Source of the DNA: Candidatus Binatia bacterium
GTDB lineage: Bacteria > Desulfobacterota > Binatia > UBA9968
Direction of reading: 5' to 3'
NCBI GenBank assembly: GCA_041483675.1
Contig: JBGPGE010000006.1
Location: forward strand, 8,978-72,977
Length of the DNA: 64,000 bases
Shown: in pieces, positions 26,345 to 35,943 of the stretch
Layout of the letters: each line of letters begins with the position of its first letter
Numbering within the stretch: position 1 is the stretch's first letter
Translations under genes and position numbers: made by a program
The notes under the pieces: generated by a model
What the model saw: only the letters and a program-made list of their open reading frames with translations
The model's database searches: none
What the model was told of the DNA's origin: nothing

Positions 26345-27313
26345 CTACCCGAGCGCCCGCGAGTACTTCTCGCGGAGTTTTCCAAAGCGGCGGCCGCATT
26401 CTCGCGACGCCTCGGCGAAGTCGGGTGGCATGACGTTGTACGGCGGCCGGATGGGACCGGTCTTGCAGTAACCGGACGCGGTCATCAGGATCTTTTCCAT
26501 CTGAATGTTGTAGGACGCGAAAACTTCCTGCGAGCCGGTGATGATGTGATGCGGTTCGAGAGCCCATGCGATATCCTCGGCGACCGCCTTGGCCCGCTCA
26601 GCGTCCCGCGCCGCCAGCGCCTGCATGAGCGCGAGGCCGGGTTGCGGCCCCACCGCGGGAATCCAACATGTCGTAGCGGTCTCAGGGGATAGCTGAGCGA
26701 ATTCATAAGCGAGACCGACGGGAGGGACGAAGTTTACGCGCCCTTTGGTCGCAGCCACCGCTTCGCGCAGAATTCCCTTGCTGGCAAATTTGGCGGACAT
26801 GACCGTCGGCGCTCTCTCGACAACGATTTTCCAGAAGTCGAGATCGAACCCGTAACGAAAGGCGCGCGGGTTGGCATAGACCATAACGGGAAAATCCGGG
26901 AACGTTTCGGAAACGGAAGCGTAGAATTGCACCGCCATATCGCGCGTGGCCGGCTGCCACATTGGAATTCCCAAGAGGGTGCCGGTGGCGCCGCGCTCCT
27001 TTACAAACCGGATGCGGCGCGCAATCTCATGGCCCCCTAACGCCGTCGTTCCGATAAACGTGGGGATGCGGCCGCGGACCGTCTTGAGCAGACAATCCAC
27101 GTACGCCTCGTAGTCGCCGTGCGAAACGGTCGCGCATTCTCCCATGGTTCCGAGCGCCATGATGCCGGTCGCGCCGTCGCGGACGAGACTCTCGGCGAGA
27201 CGGGCGGTTTCATCCAGATCCACCGTATCGACCGCATCCAGTCGCTCGGCTCCGTCCCTGGCCGGCGTCGGCATGATCGCTAACGCACCGCGCAGATCGT
27301 TGGCGCTGATCAT
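26345..27313 (-). CDS. dihydrodipicolinate synthase / N-acetylneuraminate lyase (DapA) family protein
   Basis: 322 aa with the GTMGE motif (GxxGE of DHDPS-family class I aldolases). A strong GGGAGGAG Shine-Dalgarno is present. Confidence 0.65.
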   Translation of the reverse strand: MISANDLRGALAIMPTPARDGAERLDAVDTVDLDETARLAESLVRDGATGIMALGTMGECATVSHGDYEAYVDCLLKTVRGRIPTFIGTTALGGHEIARRIRFVKERGATGTLLGIPMWQPATRDMAVQFYASVSETFPDFPVMVYANPRAFRYGFDLDFWKIVVERAPTVMSAKFASKGILREAVAATKGRVNFVPPVGLAYEFAQLSPETATTCWIPAVGPQPGLALMQALAARDAERAKAVAEDIAWALEPHHIITGSQEVFASYNIQMEKILMTASGYCKTGPIRPPYNVMPPDFAEASRECGRRFGKLREKYSRALG

Positions 27314-27589
27314 ATTCTCCTCCCTTGAACCGAAGTCCGGACGAAACGACCGGGCAATTACGCGGTTTCCCTAACACGTCCCGCCGCGTGCGTCAATCAA
27401 CTTATATCGAACACGGGCTTTGAATCCCCGTGTTCGACCAAAGGGGAGAGATGCCGCTTCTCCCCTTTGGAAACCCCATCGGTTTTGTGCCCGCCTCAAG
27501 TGGCGGGGTTTACATTCAATAGAAAAAATTTCCCGCAAGCACGTTCGCCGTCAAATCGATTCGCTGAAAGGGGGAGAAAAACGGGAGCA

Positions 27590-27665
27590 TTGGAACAATA
27601 GAGCAGTAGACCGCATTCTCGCATCTGGCCAATGTTCCATTGTCCAATGCTCTAAATTTTTGCGA
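27590..27665 (+). repeat. imperfect direct repeat (copy 2), immediately 3' of tRNA-Ala
   Basis: gaccgcattctcgcatctggccaatgttccattgtccaatgctctaaatttttgcgaagcaaa. It partly overlaps the tRNA terminator hairpin. Confidence 0.4.
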
Positions 27666-27675
27666 AGCAAAAATT
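27653..27675 (-). terminator. perfect 10-bp hairpin (aaatttttgc-ttc-gcaaaaattt) directly after the tRNA-Ala 3' end
   Basis: Palindrome read from the sequence. It is U-rich by construction. Confidence 0.45.
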
Positions 27676-27751
<76 letters not shown>

Positions 27752-27814
27752 ACTTTGAAGGGATGAGGGATTAAGGATGAAATAAGAGTAAGGAACGAAG
27801 GCCTAAAAGTCAAA

Positions 27815-29509
27815 TCACTTTCCCTTCACCATCTCCTCCGCATGCCGGATCGCTTTGTCCGTGACTTTCACGCCGCCGAGCATGCGGGCGATCTCGGCGA
27901 CGCGCTCGCGCTCGCCGAGTTTCTTGACTTCGGTGAAGGTGCGTCCCTTCGCCACCGCTTTCTCAACCACGTAGTGGGAGTCGGCCAGCGCCGCGATCTG
28001 CGGCAGGTGCGTGACGCAGATGACCTGGTGAGAACCGGCGACTTTTTTGAGCTTCTTGCCGACGATCTCGGCGACGCGGCCGCCGATGCCGGCGTCCACT
28101 TCATCGAACAGCAGCGTGGAGATATCGCCCCGCGTCAACACCAGCGACTTGATCGCCAGCATGAGGCGCGACAGCTCGCCGCCGGAGGCGATCTTGGCGA
28201 GCGGCTTGACCGGCTCGCCGGGATTGGGCGAGAAATAGAACTCCACCTGATCCATCCCCTGCTCCGTCAGCCGTCTCCCCTTCTGCAAAAAGGGCGGCTC
28301 GTCGCCCGCTTCCGCGCTTTCGAGAAAACGCGCCTCGAACGCCGTGCCCGGCATTCCGAGGGCCTCGACCTCTCTCTCCATCTCCTTTTTGAATTTGCCG
28401 GCAGCTTTCTTCCGCTCGCGCGACAGCGCCTCAGCGACCTGCCATGCGGCAACGCGCGCCTGCTCGCAGGCCCGTTCCAACGCCGGAATCTCCTCTTCGC
28501 CGCGCACCAGCCCTTTCAACTCTTCCGCCACTTTTTCCCCGTGCTTGACGATCTCCTCGATCGAGCCCTGGTATTTCCGTTTGAGCCGGCCGATCTCGGC
28601 CAGCCGCTCCTCCAGCTCGTTCTGAGTCGTCGGATCGAACTGCACGCGATCGGTATGGCGGCGCAGCAGCGAAGCGGCCTCTTGCAGCTGGGCCACGGAC
28701 GCGTCGATCAGCTCGACGGCGCCGCTCAAGCCCCCGTCGATCTTCGCCAGCTCTCGCAGCCGCTGCGCATACTTTCCGAGGCGTCCGGCCAGCGCATCTT
28801 CGCCTTCGTAGAGCAGCTCTTCTCCTTCTTTGCAGCCCTGAAAGAGTTTTTCCGCGTGCATCAAAATATTTCTTTTCGCTTTCAACTCCTCTTCTTCGCC
28901 CGCCTGCAAGTTCGCGCGCGCGATCTCTTCCGCCTGCGAGCGGAGCCACTCCTCCTCGCGACGCCGTTTTTCAAGCAGCTCTCTCGCTTCGCGCAGGCTG
29001 CTCCACGACGCCGCCAGAGACGAGTACTTCCGCCTCATCTCATCCGTCCCGGCCTCAAGCGCGCCGTACGCGTCGAGCAATTGGACGTGGGTCTCGGCCC
29101 GGAGGAGCGCCGTGTGTTCGTGCTGGCCGTAGATGTGGATCAGGCTTGGACCGATATCGGAGAGGAGCGCCAGCGGGGAAAGGCCGCTGTTTAAGTAGAT
29201 GCGGTTTTTCCCCGCGCGGCTGGCAATTCTTTTGATGACCAGCTCGTCTTCAATCTCGTGGCCCGCCTCGCGGAGTTTTTCCGCGAGCGTCTTGGGAAAC
29301 GATTCAAACCGTGCCTCGACGCTCGCCTCCTCCTCGCCGTGTCGAATCGTATCCGCCGACACCCGGCCGCCGGAAATCAGCCCCAAGGCGTTGAGAACGA
29401 TCGTCTTGCCGGCGCCGGTCTCGCCGGTCAGAACGTTGAGCCCCGGACCCAACTCCAGGGCCACCTCGTCGATGATCGCGAAATTCTTGATCCTTAGCTC
29501 GCGCAGCAT
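27815..29509 (-). CDS. recN: DNA repair protein RecN
   Basis: 564 aa. N-terminus MLRELRIKNFAIIDEVALELGPGLNVLTGETGAGKT (Walker A), a long coiled coil, and a C-terminal SMC-like signature. Confidence 0.9.
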   Translation of the reverse strand: MLRELRIKNFAIIDEVALELGPGLNVLTGETGAGKTIVLNALGLISGGRVSADTIRHGEEEASVEARFESFPKTLAEKLREAGHEIEDELVIKRIASRAGKNRIYLNSGLSPLALLSDIGPSLIHIYGQHEHTALLRAETHVQLLDAYGALEAGTDEMRRKYSSLAASWSSLREARELLEKRRREEEWLRSQAEEIARANLQAGEEEELKAKRNILMHAEKLFQGCKEGEELLYEGEDALAGRLGKYAQRLRELAKIDGGLSGAVELIDASVAQLQEAASLLRRHTDRVQFDPTTQNELEERLAEIGRLKRKYQGSIEEIVKHGEKVAEELKGLVRGEEEIPALERACEQARVAAWQVAEALSRERKKAAGKFKKEMEREVEALGMPGTAFEARFLESAEAGDEPPFLQKGRRLTEQGMDQVEFYFSPNPGEPVKPLAKIASGGELSRLMLAIKSLVLTRGDISTLLFDEVDAGIGGRVAEIVGKKLKKVAGSHQVICVTHLPQIAALADSHYVVEKAVAKGRTFTEVKKLGERERVAEIARMLGGVKVTDKAIRHAEEMVKGK

Positions 29510-29579
29510 CCGCCAACCCGCTTACCCTTCGACCGGCCTGTCCTGAGTAGCAGGCCAAGCGGCCTGCGTATCGAAGGGA

Positions 29580-30440
29580 TCATCGCTCGCCCCACTTGAG
29601 CTTGGAGCGCAGGATCTCGAAGTAGCTCCGCGAAGGCGTTTTGACGAGCGAGATCGGCACGCCGTAGTCGCGCGCCGTCACCACGTCGCCGTTGTTGAGC
29701 GCCACCCCCTGTTGGCCGTCGGGGCTGAGGATCACCGTATCGCCGGAGGAGCGCAGCGTGACGCTGATCGTCGAGTGGCTCGACACCACGATCGGCCGGT
29801 TGGTGAGCATGTGGGGGCAGATGGGAGAGAGAACGATCGCCCCGAGGGTCGGATAGAGGATCGGGCCGCCTGCGGCGAGCGAGTAGGCCGTCGAGCCCGT
29901 GGGCGTGGAGATGATCAGCCCGTCGGCGCGATAGGTGCAGAGATATTCTTTGCCGACATAAGTTTCGAGCTCGACGATGCGGGCGCGCGCTCCTTTAGTG
30001 ATGACCGCGTCGTTCAAAACCCGGAACCGCTTGCGGCCGCCGCGCTTGCCCTTAACCTGGACCTCCAGCGTCATGCGCTTTTCGACGGCATATTTTCCGG
30101 CGAGCGTCTGCGCCAGCACGGTCTCGAGCTCGTCGATCCCGACCTCGGTGATGAAGCCGAGACCGCCGAGATTTACACCCAGGATGGGAACCTGCGGCCG
30201 CTCGACCAGCCGGGCGATGCTGAGCAGCGTGCCGTCGCCGCCCAGAACGACGATCAGGTCGGCCTTCCGCGCCATCTCCTGCTTCGTGCAGGCGCGCCCG
30301 CCCGCGCGGGAAACCCCCGGCTCGACCAGAACCTGTTTCCCCCGCTCCTTAAGCCACGGCACCAGCCAACTCGCCATCTCGGCGGCTTTAGGCTCTTCGT
30401 ATTTGGCAACCAGACCGACAACGCGAATCATTGGAAACAC
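29580..30440 (-). CDS. nadK: NAD(+) kinase
   Basis: 286 aa with GGDGT and the NDAVI...TPTGSTAYSLAAGGP motifs. Confidence 0.85.
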   Translation of the reverse strand: MFPMIRVVGLVAKYEEPKAAEMASWLVPWLKERGKQVLVEPGVSRAGGRACTKQEMARKADLIVVLGGDGTLLSIARLVERPQVPILGVNLGGLGFITEVGIDELETVLAQTLAGKYAVEKRMTLEVQVKGKRGGRKRFRVLNDAVITKGARARIVELETYVGKEYLCTYRADGLIISTPTGSTAYSLAAGGPILYPTLGAIVLSPICPHMLTNRPIVVSSHSTISVTLRSSGDTVILSPDGQQGVALNNGDVVTARDYGVPISLVKTPSRSYFEILRSKLKWGER

Positions 30441-30545
30441 CCCTTCTCAAACAGAGAGATTAACACATGAGCGAAAAGAAGTCCTTGCCAATAATCAGGA
30501 CGCGGACGTGGCTGGGCATGAGCATGATAACATCGCCGAAAACAA

Positions 30546-32798
30546 TCAGGCCGCCGATCGCGACGATTTCAACGCGAAGTAAATCTTCTCTGCCGCCAAC
30601 GGCAGATCGAAGATTCTCACGCCGACCGCGGCGTCGAGCGCGTTGGCGACGGCAGGCGCGGTGGCGATGATGCCGTTCTCGCCGATCTGCTTGGCGGCGA
30701 ACGGCCCGGGGCCGGTCGGGTCTTCGATCAGCACGGTGTCGAGGGCCGGGAGATCGCGCGTGCAGGGGATGCGGTAATCTCCCAGGTTGACGGTCATCAC
30801 CTTCCCGTTCTCCGTCACCACCTCTTCCATCGTCGCGTAGCCCAGTCCCTGAACCAGCCCGCCCTCGATCTGCCCCTGATGCCCGAGCGGATTGATGACC
30901 GCGCCCACGTCGTGGGCCGTCACGAATCGCTTCACCTTGAGGCGCCCCGTCTCCCTGTCCACTTCGACCTCGGCGATCTGGACAACGAAAGCGGCGACCG
31001 GCGAGCGACCTTTGACTTCATAGCTCTTGCGAAGGCGCAGCTCGCCGCCGTTTTCTTTTGCGGCCTGTCGCGCCACCTCGGCAAAGGCCAGCGACTTTTT
31101 GCCGCCGCGCGCCGCGCTGAAGCGTCCCCGGTTGAGCGTCACGTCGCCAGCGTCGCAACCTAGGAGGGCCGCTGCGACGGCGATCAGCCGCTCGCGCAGC
31201 TCCTGCGCGGCCTGCAGCACCGCGTGGCCGCTCATATTGGTGATCTTGCTGCCGCCCGGCGCGGCGTCGTTTTCGAACGTGTCTGTATCGCCGATCTCGG
31301 CGCGCACGTCCCCGGGCGGAATCGTGAGCACCTCCGCGGCGATCTGCTGGAGCAGCGTGTGCGTGCCCGTGCCGATGTCCGGAACCGCGGTGAGAATCTT
31401 GACTTTGCCGTCCGGCGCAGCCGAGATTTCGGCATTGGCCGTGCCCGAGCCGCCGACGTGGCGGAACGAGACGCCGATGCCCAGGCCGACGTTTGCCGCC
31501 CTTTTCTTCCCCCAGCCGGCCTTCTTCGCCGCCGCCTCGAGCGTCTCGCGCACGCGCACTTTGTCCATCGCGCGGCCACCGGGCAGCTTGTCGCCGCTCT
31601 GGAACAGATTTTTAAGCCGCAGTTTGAGCGGGTCCATCCGCAGCGCTTTGGCGATCAGGTCCATGTGCGATTCCGCGGCGAAGACCGCTTGCGGCTGGCC
31701 GGGCGCGCGATAGTAGCCACAGGGCACGGTGTTGGTGTAGACGCCGTAGGAGCGGATCGCATAGTTCGGAATCCGGTAGACGCCCATCGTATAGGTCGCG
31801 CCGCCGAGATTGGGCGGATCGCCGGGTTTGAACGACGCGTAGGCGCCGCTGTTGAAGATTACTTCGGCTTCGCGGGCCACCAGCGTGCCGTCTTTTTTGA
31901 CGCCGCTCTTGATTCGGATGACGGAGGAATGGCGCGGATCGCCGGCGATCAACTCCTCGGCATAGGTCATGATCATTTTGACCGGCCGCCGGGCCGCCTT
32001 GGCTAGATGATAGCAAATGGGAACGTCCATCAGCGCTCCCTTGCCGCCGAAGTCCCCGCCCACGGCCACCACGTGGACGCGGATCTGATTCTTGGGAATC
32101 TCCAACTGCCGCGACAGATGCGATTTGACGCGGAACGGCGCCTTGCACGAAGCCCAGATATCGACGCGATCCTGATCGTCGACTTTGACCACGACGGAAT
32201 GGGGTTCGAGATAGGCTTGATGGGCCCGTCCGGTCGTGAAGGTATGTTCGAGAATCAAGTCCGCTTCTTTGAAGCCGGCCGCAACGTCGCCGGCCGACCA
32301 ATTCTGCAACGCAAAGACGTTGGAAATGGTCTCCGCAGGCTGATGAAAGCCTTTGTAAGAGAGCAGCTCTTCGTGAATCACGGGCGCGCCGGGCGCCATC
32401 GCTTTTTTCGGGTCGAAGATCGCGGGCAGCTCTGCGTACTCGACTTCGATGAGAGCGAGAGCTTCCTCGGCGGCCTCGAGATCCGTCGCCGCGACGGCGG
32501 CGACCTTCTCTCCGATAAAGCGCACTCTGCCCTGCGCCAGAATCGGCGTGTCCTGGAGGCTTAAGCCCACGCGGAACGGCGGCAAATCCGCCCCCGTGAG
32601 CGCCGCCAGGACTCCTTTTACTTTCTTTGCTTTGTCCGTATTCGCCCGGACGATCCGCGCATGAGCATACGGGCTGCGCAGACATTTTCCCCAGAGCAGT
32701 CCCGCAAGCTTCACGTCAGCCGTATAGAGCGTCTTGCCGCCGACTTTGTCCGGCCCTTCGATCCGCGCCAGCGGGCGGCCCACAACCTTAAGTTTCAT
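30546..32798 (-). CDS. xanthine dehydrogenase family molybdopterin-binding large subunit (second orphan paralog)
   Basis: 750 aa. MKLKVVGRPLARIEGPDKVGGKTLYTADV is colinear with 2841..5096. No FeS or FAD subunit genes are adjacent. Confidence 0.75.
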   Translation of the reverse strand: MKLKVVGRPLARIEGPDKVGGKTLYTADVKLAGLLWGKCLRSPYAHARIVRANTDKAKKVKGVLAALTGADLPPFRVGLSLQDTPILAQGRVRFIGEKVAAVAATDLEAAEEALALIEVEYAELPAIFDPKKAMAPGAPVIHEELLSYKGFHQPAETISNVFALQNWSAGDVAAGFKEADLILEHTFTTGRAHQAYLEPHSVVVKVDDQDRVDIWASCKAPFRVKSHLSRQLEIPKNQIRVHVVAVGGDFGGKGALMDVPICYHLAKAARRPVKMIMTYAEELIAGDPRHSSVIRIKSGVKKDGTLVAREAEVIFNSGAYASFKPGDPPNLGGATYTMGVYRIPNYAIRSYGVYTNTVPCGYYRAPGQPQAVFAAESHMDLIAKALRMDPLKLRLKNLFQSGDKLPGGRAMDKVRVRETLEAAAKKAGWGKKRAANVGLGIGVSFRHVGGSGTANAEISAAPDGKVKILTAVPDIGTGTHTLLQQIAAEVLTIPPGDVRAEIGDTDTFENDAAPGGSKITNMSGHAVLQAAQELRERLIAVAAALLGCDAGDVTLNRGRFSAARGGKKSLAFAEVARQAAKENGGELRLRKSYEVKGRSPVAAFVVQIAEVEVDRETGRLKVKRFVTAHDVGAVINPLGHQGQIEGGLVQGLGYATMEEVVTENGKVMTVNLGDYRIPCTRDLPALDTVLIEDPTGPGPFAAKQIGENGIIATAPAVANALDAAVGVRIFDLPLAAEKIYFALKSSRSAA

Positions 32799-33056
32799 TT
32801 TGTTCCCCTTTCAAATTCGTGTAGGGGCGGTTCGCGAACCGCCCCTACTGAATGAATCACCGCGCAGCAAGCTGCGGGGTATCAAGAGGCCCTCAGATGA
32901 CTTTTCCCCGGTCGTCACCCCCGAATGTTTTAATCGGGGGTCCAGTCCGAAATTCGCCTGGATTCCCGCTAAAAACATGCGGGAATGACGGACTTCGTAA
33001 ACGAAATAAATTCTACGCAGCAAGCTGCGAGGAATTAACCCGCGGCGATTAAAAAC
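32799..33056. repeat. repeat-dense intergenic region with three kinds of palindromic unit
   Basis: By coordinate: 32821..32848 is the palindrome gtaggggcggttcgcgaaccgcccctac; 32866..32880 and 33009..33023 are hairpin cgcagcaagctgcg (two copies); 32949..32980 is an attcccgc/gcgggaat-family unit. Confidence 0.65.
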
Positions 33057-33995
33057 TTACACGACCAGTTTTCTTAAGCGCGAGCTCGCATAGTCCACAC
33101 CGACAACCAGCACGACGAGCACGAGCACGATCGCCGCCGCCTCCTGATATTGGAACGTGCGAAAGCTGGTGTTCATTAGATAGCCGATCCCGCCGGCGCC
33201 GATCAACCCCAAAACCGACGCGGAGCGGATATTGGTTTCGAGGCGATAAAGCGTGAAGGAGATCAAGTCGGGCAGAATCTGCGGCAGCACGGCGAACGCC
33301 AGGATCTGGGAGTAGCCGGCGCCGGTGGCGCGGATCGCCTCAACCACCCCTTCGTCGATATTTTCCACCGCTTCGGAGAGCAGTTTCCCCAGCACCGTCG
33401 CCGTGTGGACGAAAAGCGCGAGCGTCCCGGCGAACGCGCCGAGCCCGACCGCAGCGACAAAGAGCAGTCCCAGCGCCAGATCGGGAATGGTGCGGAGAAA
33501 ATTCAACACCGCACGCACGCCCTGATAGACCCAGGGATGGGGCGTGGTGTTGCGCGCCGCGAGGAAGCCCACCGGGAACGCGACCAGAAACGCCAGGACG
33601 GTCCCGGCCAGCGCCATCTGAATGGTTTCGATCGTCGCCCCGACGATCGTCTGCGGGAACGTGTTGTCCCACCAGCGCTGTTTGGCGCGCCGCTGCTCCT
33701 CGGTCAGAGGCGCGGGCAAAAGCAGTTGAGCGGGTGAAATCTCCGTCGGGAAGAAATAACTTTTCGCGTGGGTGATCTTGGAGAAATCGGGCGGCAGCAT
33801 GCGCCCGAGCGTAACCAGAATATCGGGAATTCCCTTGACCAGCTCCCCCGGCCTGATCTTCGCGCCCTGAAAAGACCAGATAAGAACGAACACCAGCAGC
33901 GCCAGCCAGAGAATCAGCCGCGCGCCCCTCTTCGGCGCCGGCGGCGCCTCCGAAAAAATATCCACGTCGCTTTTTGCAGCCGATTGTTCCGCCAT
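33057..33995 (-). CDS. phnE: phosphonate ABC transporter permease PhnE
   Basis: 312 aa, about 6 TM, PhnE-like motifs (EAIRATGAGYSQILAFAVLPQILP; GAGGIG). Confidence 0.7.
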   Translation of the reverse strand: MAEQSAAKSDVDIFSEAPPAPKRGARLILWLALLVFVLIWSFQGAKIRPGELVKGIPDILVTLGRMLPPDFSKITHAKSYFFPTEISPAQLLLPAPLTEEQRRAKQRWWDNTFPQTIVGATIETIQMALAGTVLAFLVAFPVGFLAARNTTPHPWVYQGVRAVLNFLRTIPDLALGLLFVAAVGLGAFAGTLALFVHTATVLGKLLSEAVENIDEGVVEAIRATGAGYSQILAFAVLPQILPDLISFTLYRLETNIRSASVLGLIGAGGIGYLMNTSFRTFQYQEAAAIVLVLVVLVVGVDYASSRLRKLVV

Positions 33996-34095
33996 GGCTA
34001 TCCCTCCTCTCGCGTCACGCGCTTAACTTGGGCGCGATGAATCGCGCCCCTACTGGGCAGACATGCGGGTCTGCCCCTACTGCCCTCCGCATTTT

Positions 34096-35646
34096 TCATT
34101 TTGCGTTTTTACTTTTGCCTTCTGCCTCTTTTATCCGCCCCTCCTCCTGCGCCGAGAGCGGCCTGGTCTTGAGCGCCGCGATGAGCAGATCGCGCAGCGG
34201 AAGCTGGTGATCGACCCGCTCCCTCCCCTGGAGAAAAACCGAATAGCCGTCGCCGCCACCCGCAACAAAACCATAAACCGCTACACTGTACTCCCGATCG
34301 TCCTGCAACGGGGCGCCCTGGACGGCGATTTGCTTCACTCTGGCGCCGGAAGGGGCCGAGGGATCAAAGGAAAAGCTCAAGCCCGACACCTGGAGAAATC
34401 GCCCGGCCGCCCTTGGCAGCTCGCTGACGCTGTTTTCCATCGCGCTGCGCAACTGCCGGCCGCTCAGCTTCATCGCCACAAGCGGGTCGTCGTAGGGCAG
34501 AACTTCCATGACGCGCTTGAGCGTCACCGGCCCCAGGGGGATGCCCCCTCTAACGGCGCCGCCGTTGAGCAGCGCGATCTCCGTGCCAGCATGAACGCGC
34601 GCGAGGTCGGCGAGAATATCGCCGAAGTTGGTTTCGCGGGTGCGCACCGCCGCGCCATCGCCCTGCAGATCGACCTCGGCCCGGCCCAGCGTTTGATTGG
34701 CCGCCGCGTCCAGCCGGCGCGCGTAACTCTGAACCAGGCCGCGCAACTTTCTTTCTTCGGGCGCGCTCTCATCGACCGGGAGGTTCCGGGCCTGGGCGGC
34801 GCGCAATCCTTTGTCAAAGACAAGATCCAACCGTCCCAGCGTCCGTCCCAGTTGATGGGTTCTAACCAGGATCGGGCCGCCCGCGACTGGATCGACCCGG
34901 CCATGCAGCACGAGCCCGGCGGCGGGCAGCATCAGTCCGTCGAAGCCCAGGATGTGGCCGCCGACGATCACCTGAATTTCCGGCGCCGCGACGGCAAGCG
35001 CGGCATCTTCCTCCGGCTCCTGATGCGTGACAGCGACCAGAAGATCGACCTGCTTGCGCAGGTCGCGGGCGGCCTTTTTTGCCGCCGCGATCGGGTCGGA
35101 GAATTCCAGCTCTTTGACGGCGCTGCGGCTGATCAGGTCCGGATAGCTTCTCCGGCCGATCAGCCCTATCAGTCCGACGCGCAGCGGGCCAAATGATTTA
35201 ACCGCGAACGGCTGGCAGACGCCCGCCATTTTCGGCCGGAGGTTCGTGCAGAGGAAGGGAAAGCCGGCCTGTTTTCTGAGCGCGCCCAGGTGGGCGACGC
35301 CGAAATCGAAGTCGTGGTTACCAAGCGCGAGAGCGTCGTAGCGCATTAATTTCATCGCGGCGATATCCGGCTCGCCGCGAAAGACCGAAGACATGGCCGT
35401 GCCGATCATCAGATCGCCGCTGTCGAGCAGCAGGACATGCCTGGTTTCCCGCCGGATGCGGTCAATCAGTCCGCCACGGCGGACCACGCCGCCCAGTCCT
35501 TTGAACGCGCCGTTCTCGATCGGCTGGAGCGTTCCATGATGCTCGCTCGTGTGTAGAATAGTCAGCGCGGTCTGGCCCAGGGCGGGAGATCCCCACGCAA
35601 CGAAGAGACCAACTATGATGAGCAGGTGGGTGATCACGGCCGGCAC
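34096..35646 (-). CDS. bifunctional metallophosphatase / 5'-nucleotidase (UshA-like)
   Basis: 516 aa with a signal peptide, a calcineurin-like N-domain (GNHDFDFG), and a C-terminal 5'-nucleotidase domain. Confidence 0.75.
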   Translation of the reverse strand: MPAVITHLLIIVGLFVAWGSPALGQTALTILHTSEHHGTLQPIENGAFKGLGGVVRRGGLIDRIRRETRHVLLLDSGDLMIGTAMSSVFRGEPDIAAMKLMRYDALALGNHDFDFGVAHLGALRKQAGFPFLCTNLRPKMAGVCQPFAVKSFGPLRVGLIGLIGRRSYPDLISRSAVKELEFSDPIAAAKKAARDLRKQVDLLVAVTHQEPEEDAALAVAAPEIQVIVGGHILGFDGLMLPAAGLVLHGRVDPVAGGPILVRTHQLGRTLGRLDLVFDKGLRAAQARNLPVDESAPEERKLRGLVQSYARRLDAAANQTLGRAEVDLQGDGAAVRTRETNFGDILADLARVHAGTEIALLNGGAVRGGIPLGPVTLKRVMEVLPYDDPLVAMKLSGRQLRSAMENSVSELPRAAGRFLQVSGLSFSFDPSAPSGARVKQIAVQGAPLQDDREYSVAVYGFVAGGGDGYSVFLQGRERVDHQLPLRDLLIAALKTRPLSAQEEGRIKEAEGKSKNAK

Positions 35647-35696
35647 AATGCATTTATCCCAGTTTGCAAGTTATGTCCATCGTCCAAGCCGTCATT

Positions 35697-35776
35697 CCGG
35701 CCGAGTCAGCCTGAGGCTGACGAGAGCCGGAATCCAGGAGGGGTGAGGGAGCTGGATTCCCGCTTTCGCGGGAATG
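35697..35776. repeat. compound REP cluster: 49-bp palindromic unit (gtcattccggccgagtcagcctgaggctgacgagagccggaatccagga) plus an attcccgc/gcgggaat unit
   Basis: A near-identical compound arrangement is present at 59203..59335. Confidence 0.65.
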
Positions 35777-35943
35777 ACAATAAGCGGCGCGCCGATTTTG
35801 TCATGGTTCGACCTTCCTCACTATGACCCTGAGCTTAGTCGAATGGGTCAGCGAATCTCTAACTCTGGACACAGGTTAACGATTGACAGAAAAGCGCCTC
35901 ATGCGCTACGCTCTAGAGTGATCCGATCCGCACGGAGCGCAGC

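Noticed and set aside
27314-27652. Lysine riboswitch upstream of the DapA-family gene
   Set aside because: Several hairpins are present, but I could not recognise the conserved L-box core elements by eye. It is left as an unclassified structured leader pending an Rfam scan.
31224-32685. ORFs 31224..32006 (+) and 31612..32685 (-) inside the second XDH-family gene
   Set aside because: Alternative-frame or antisense shadow ORFs with extreme Arg content.
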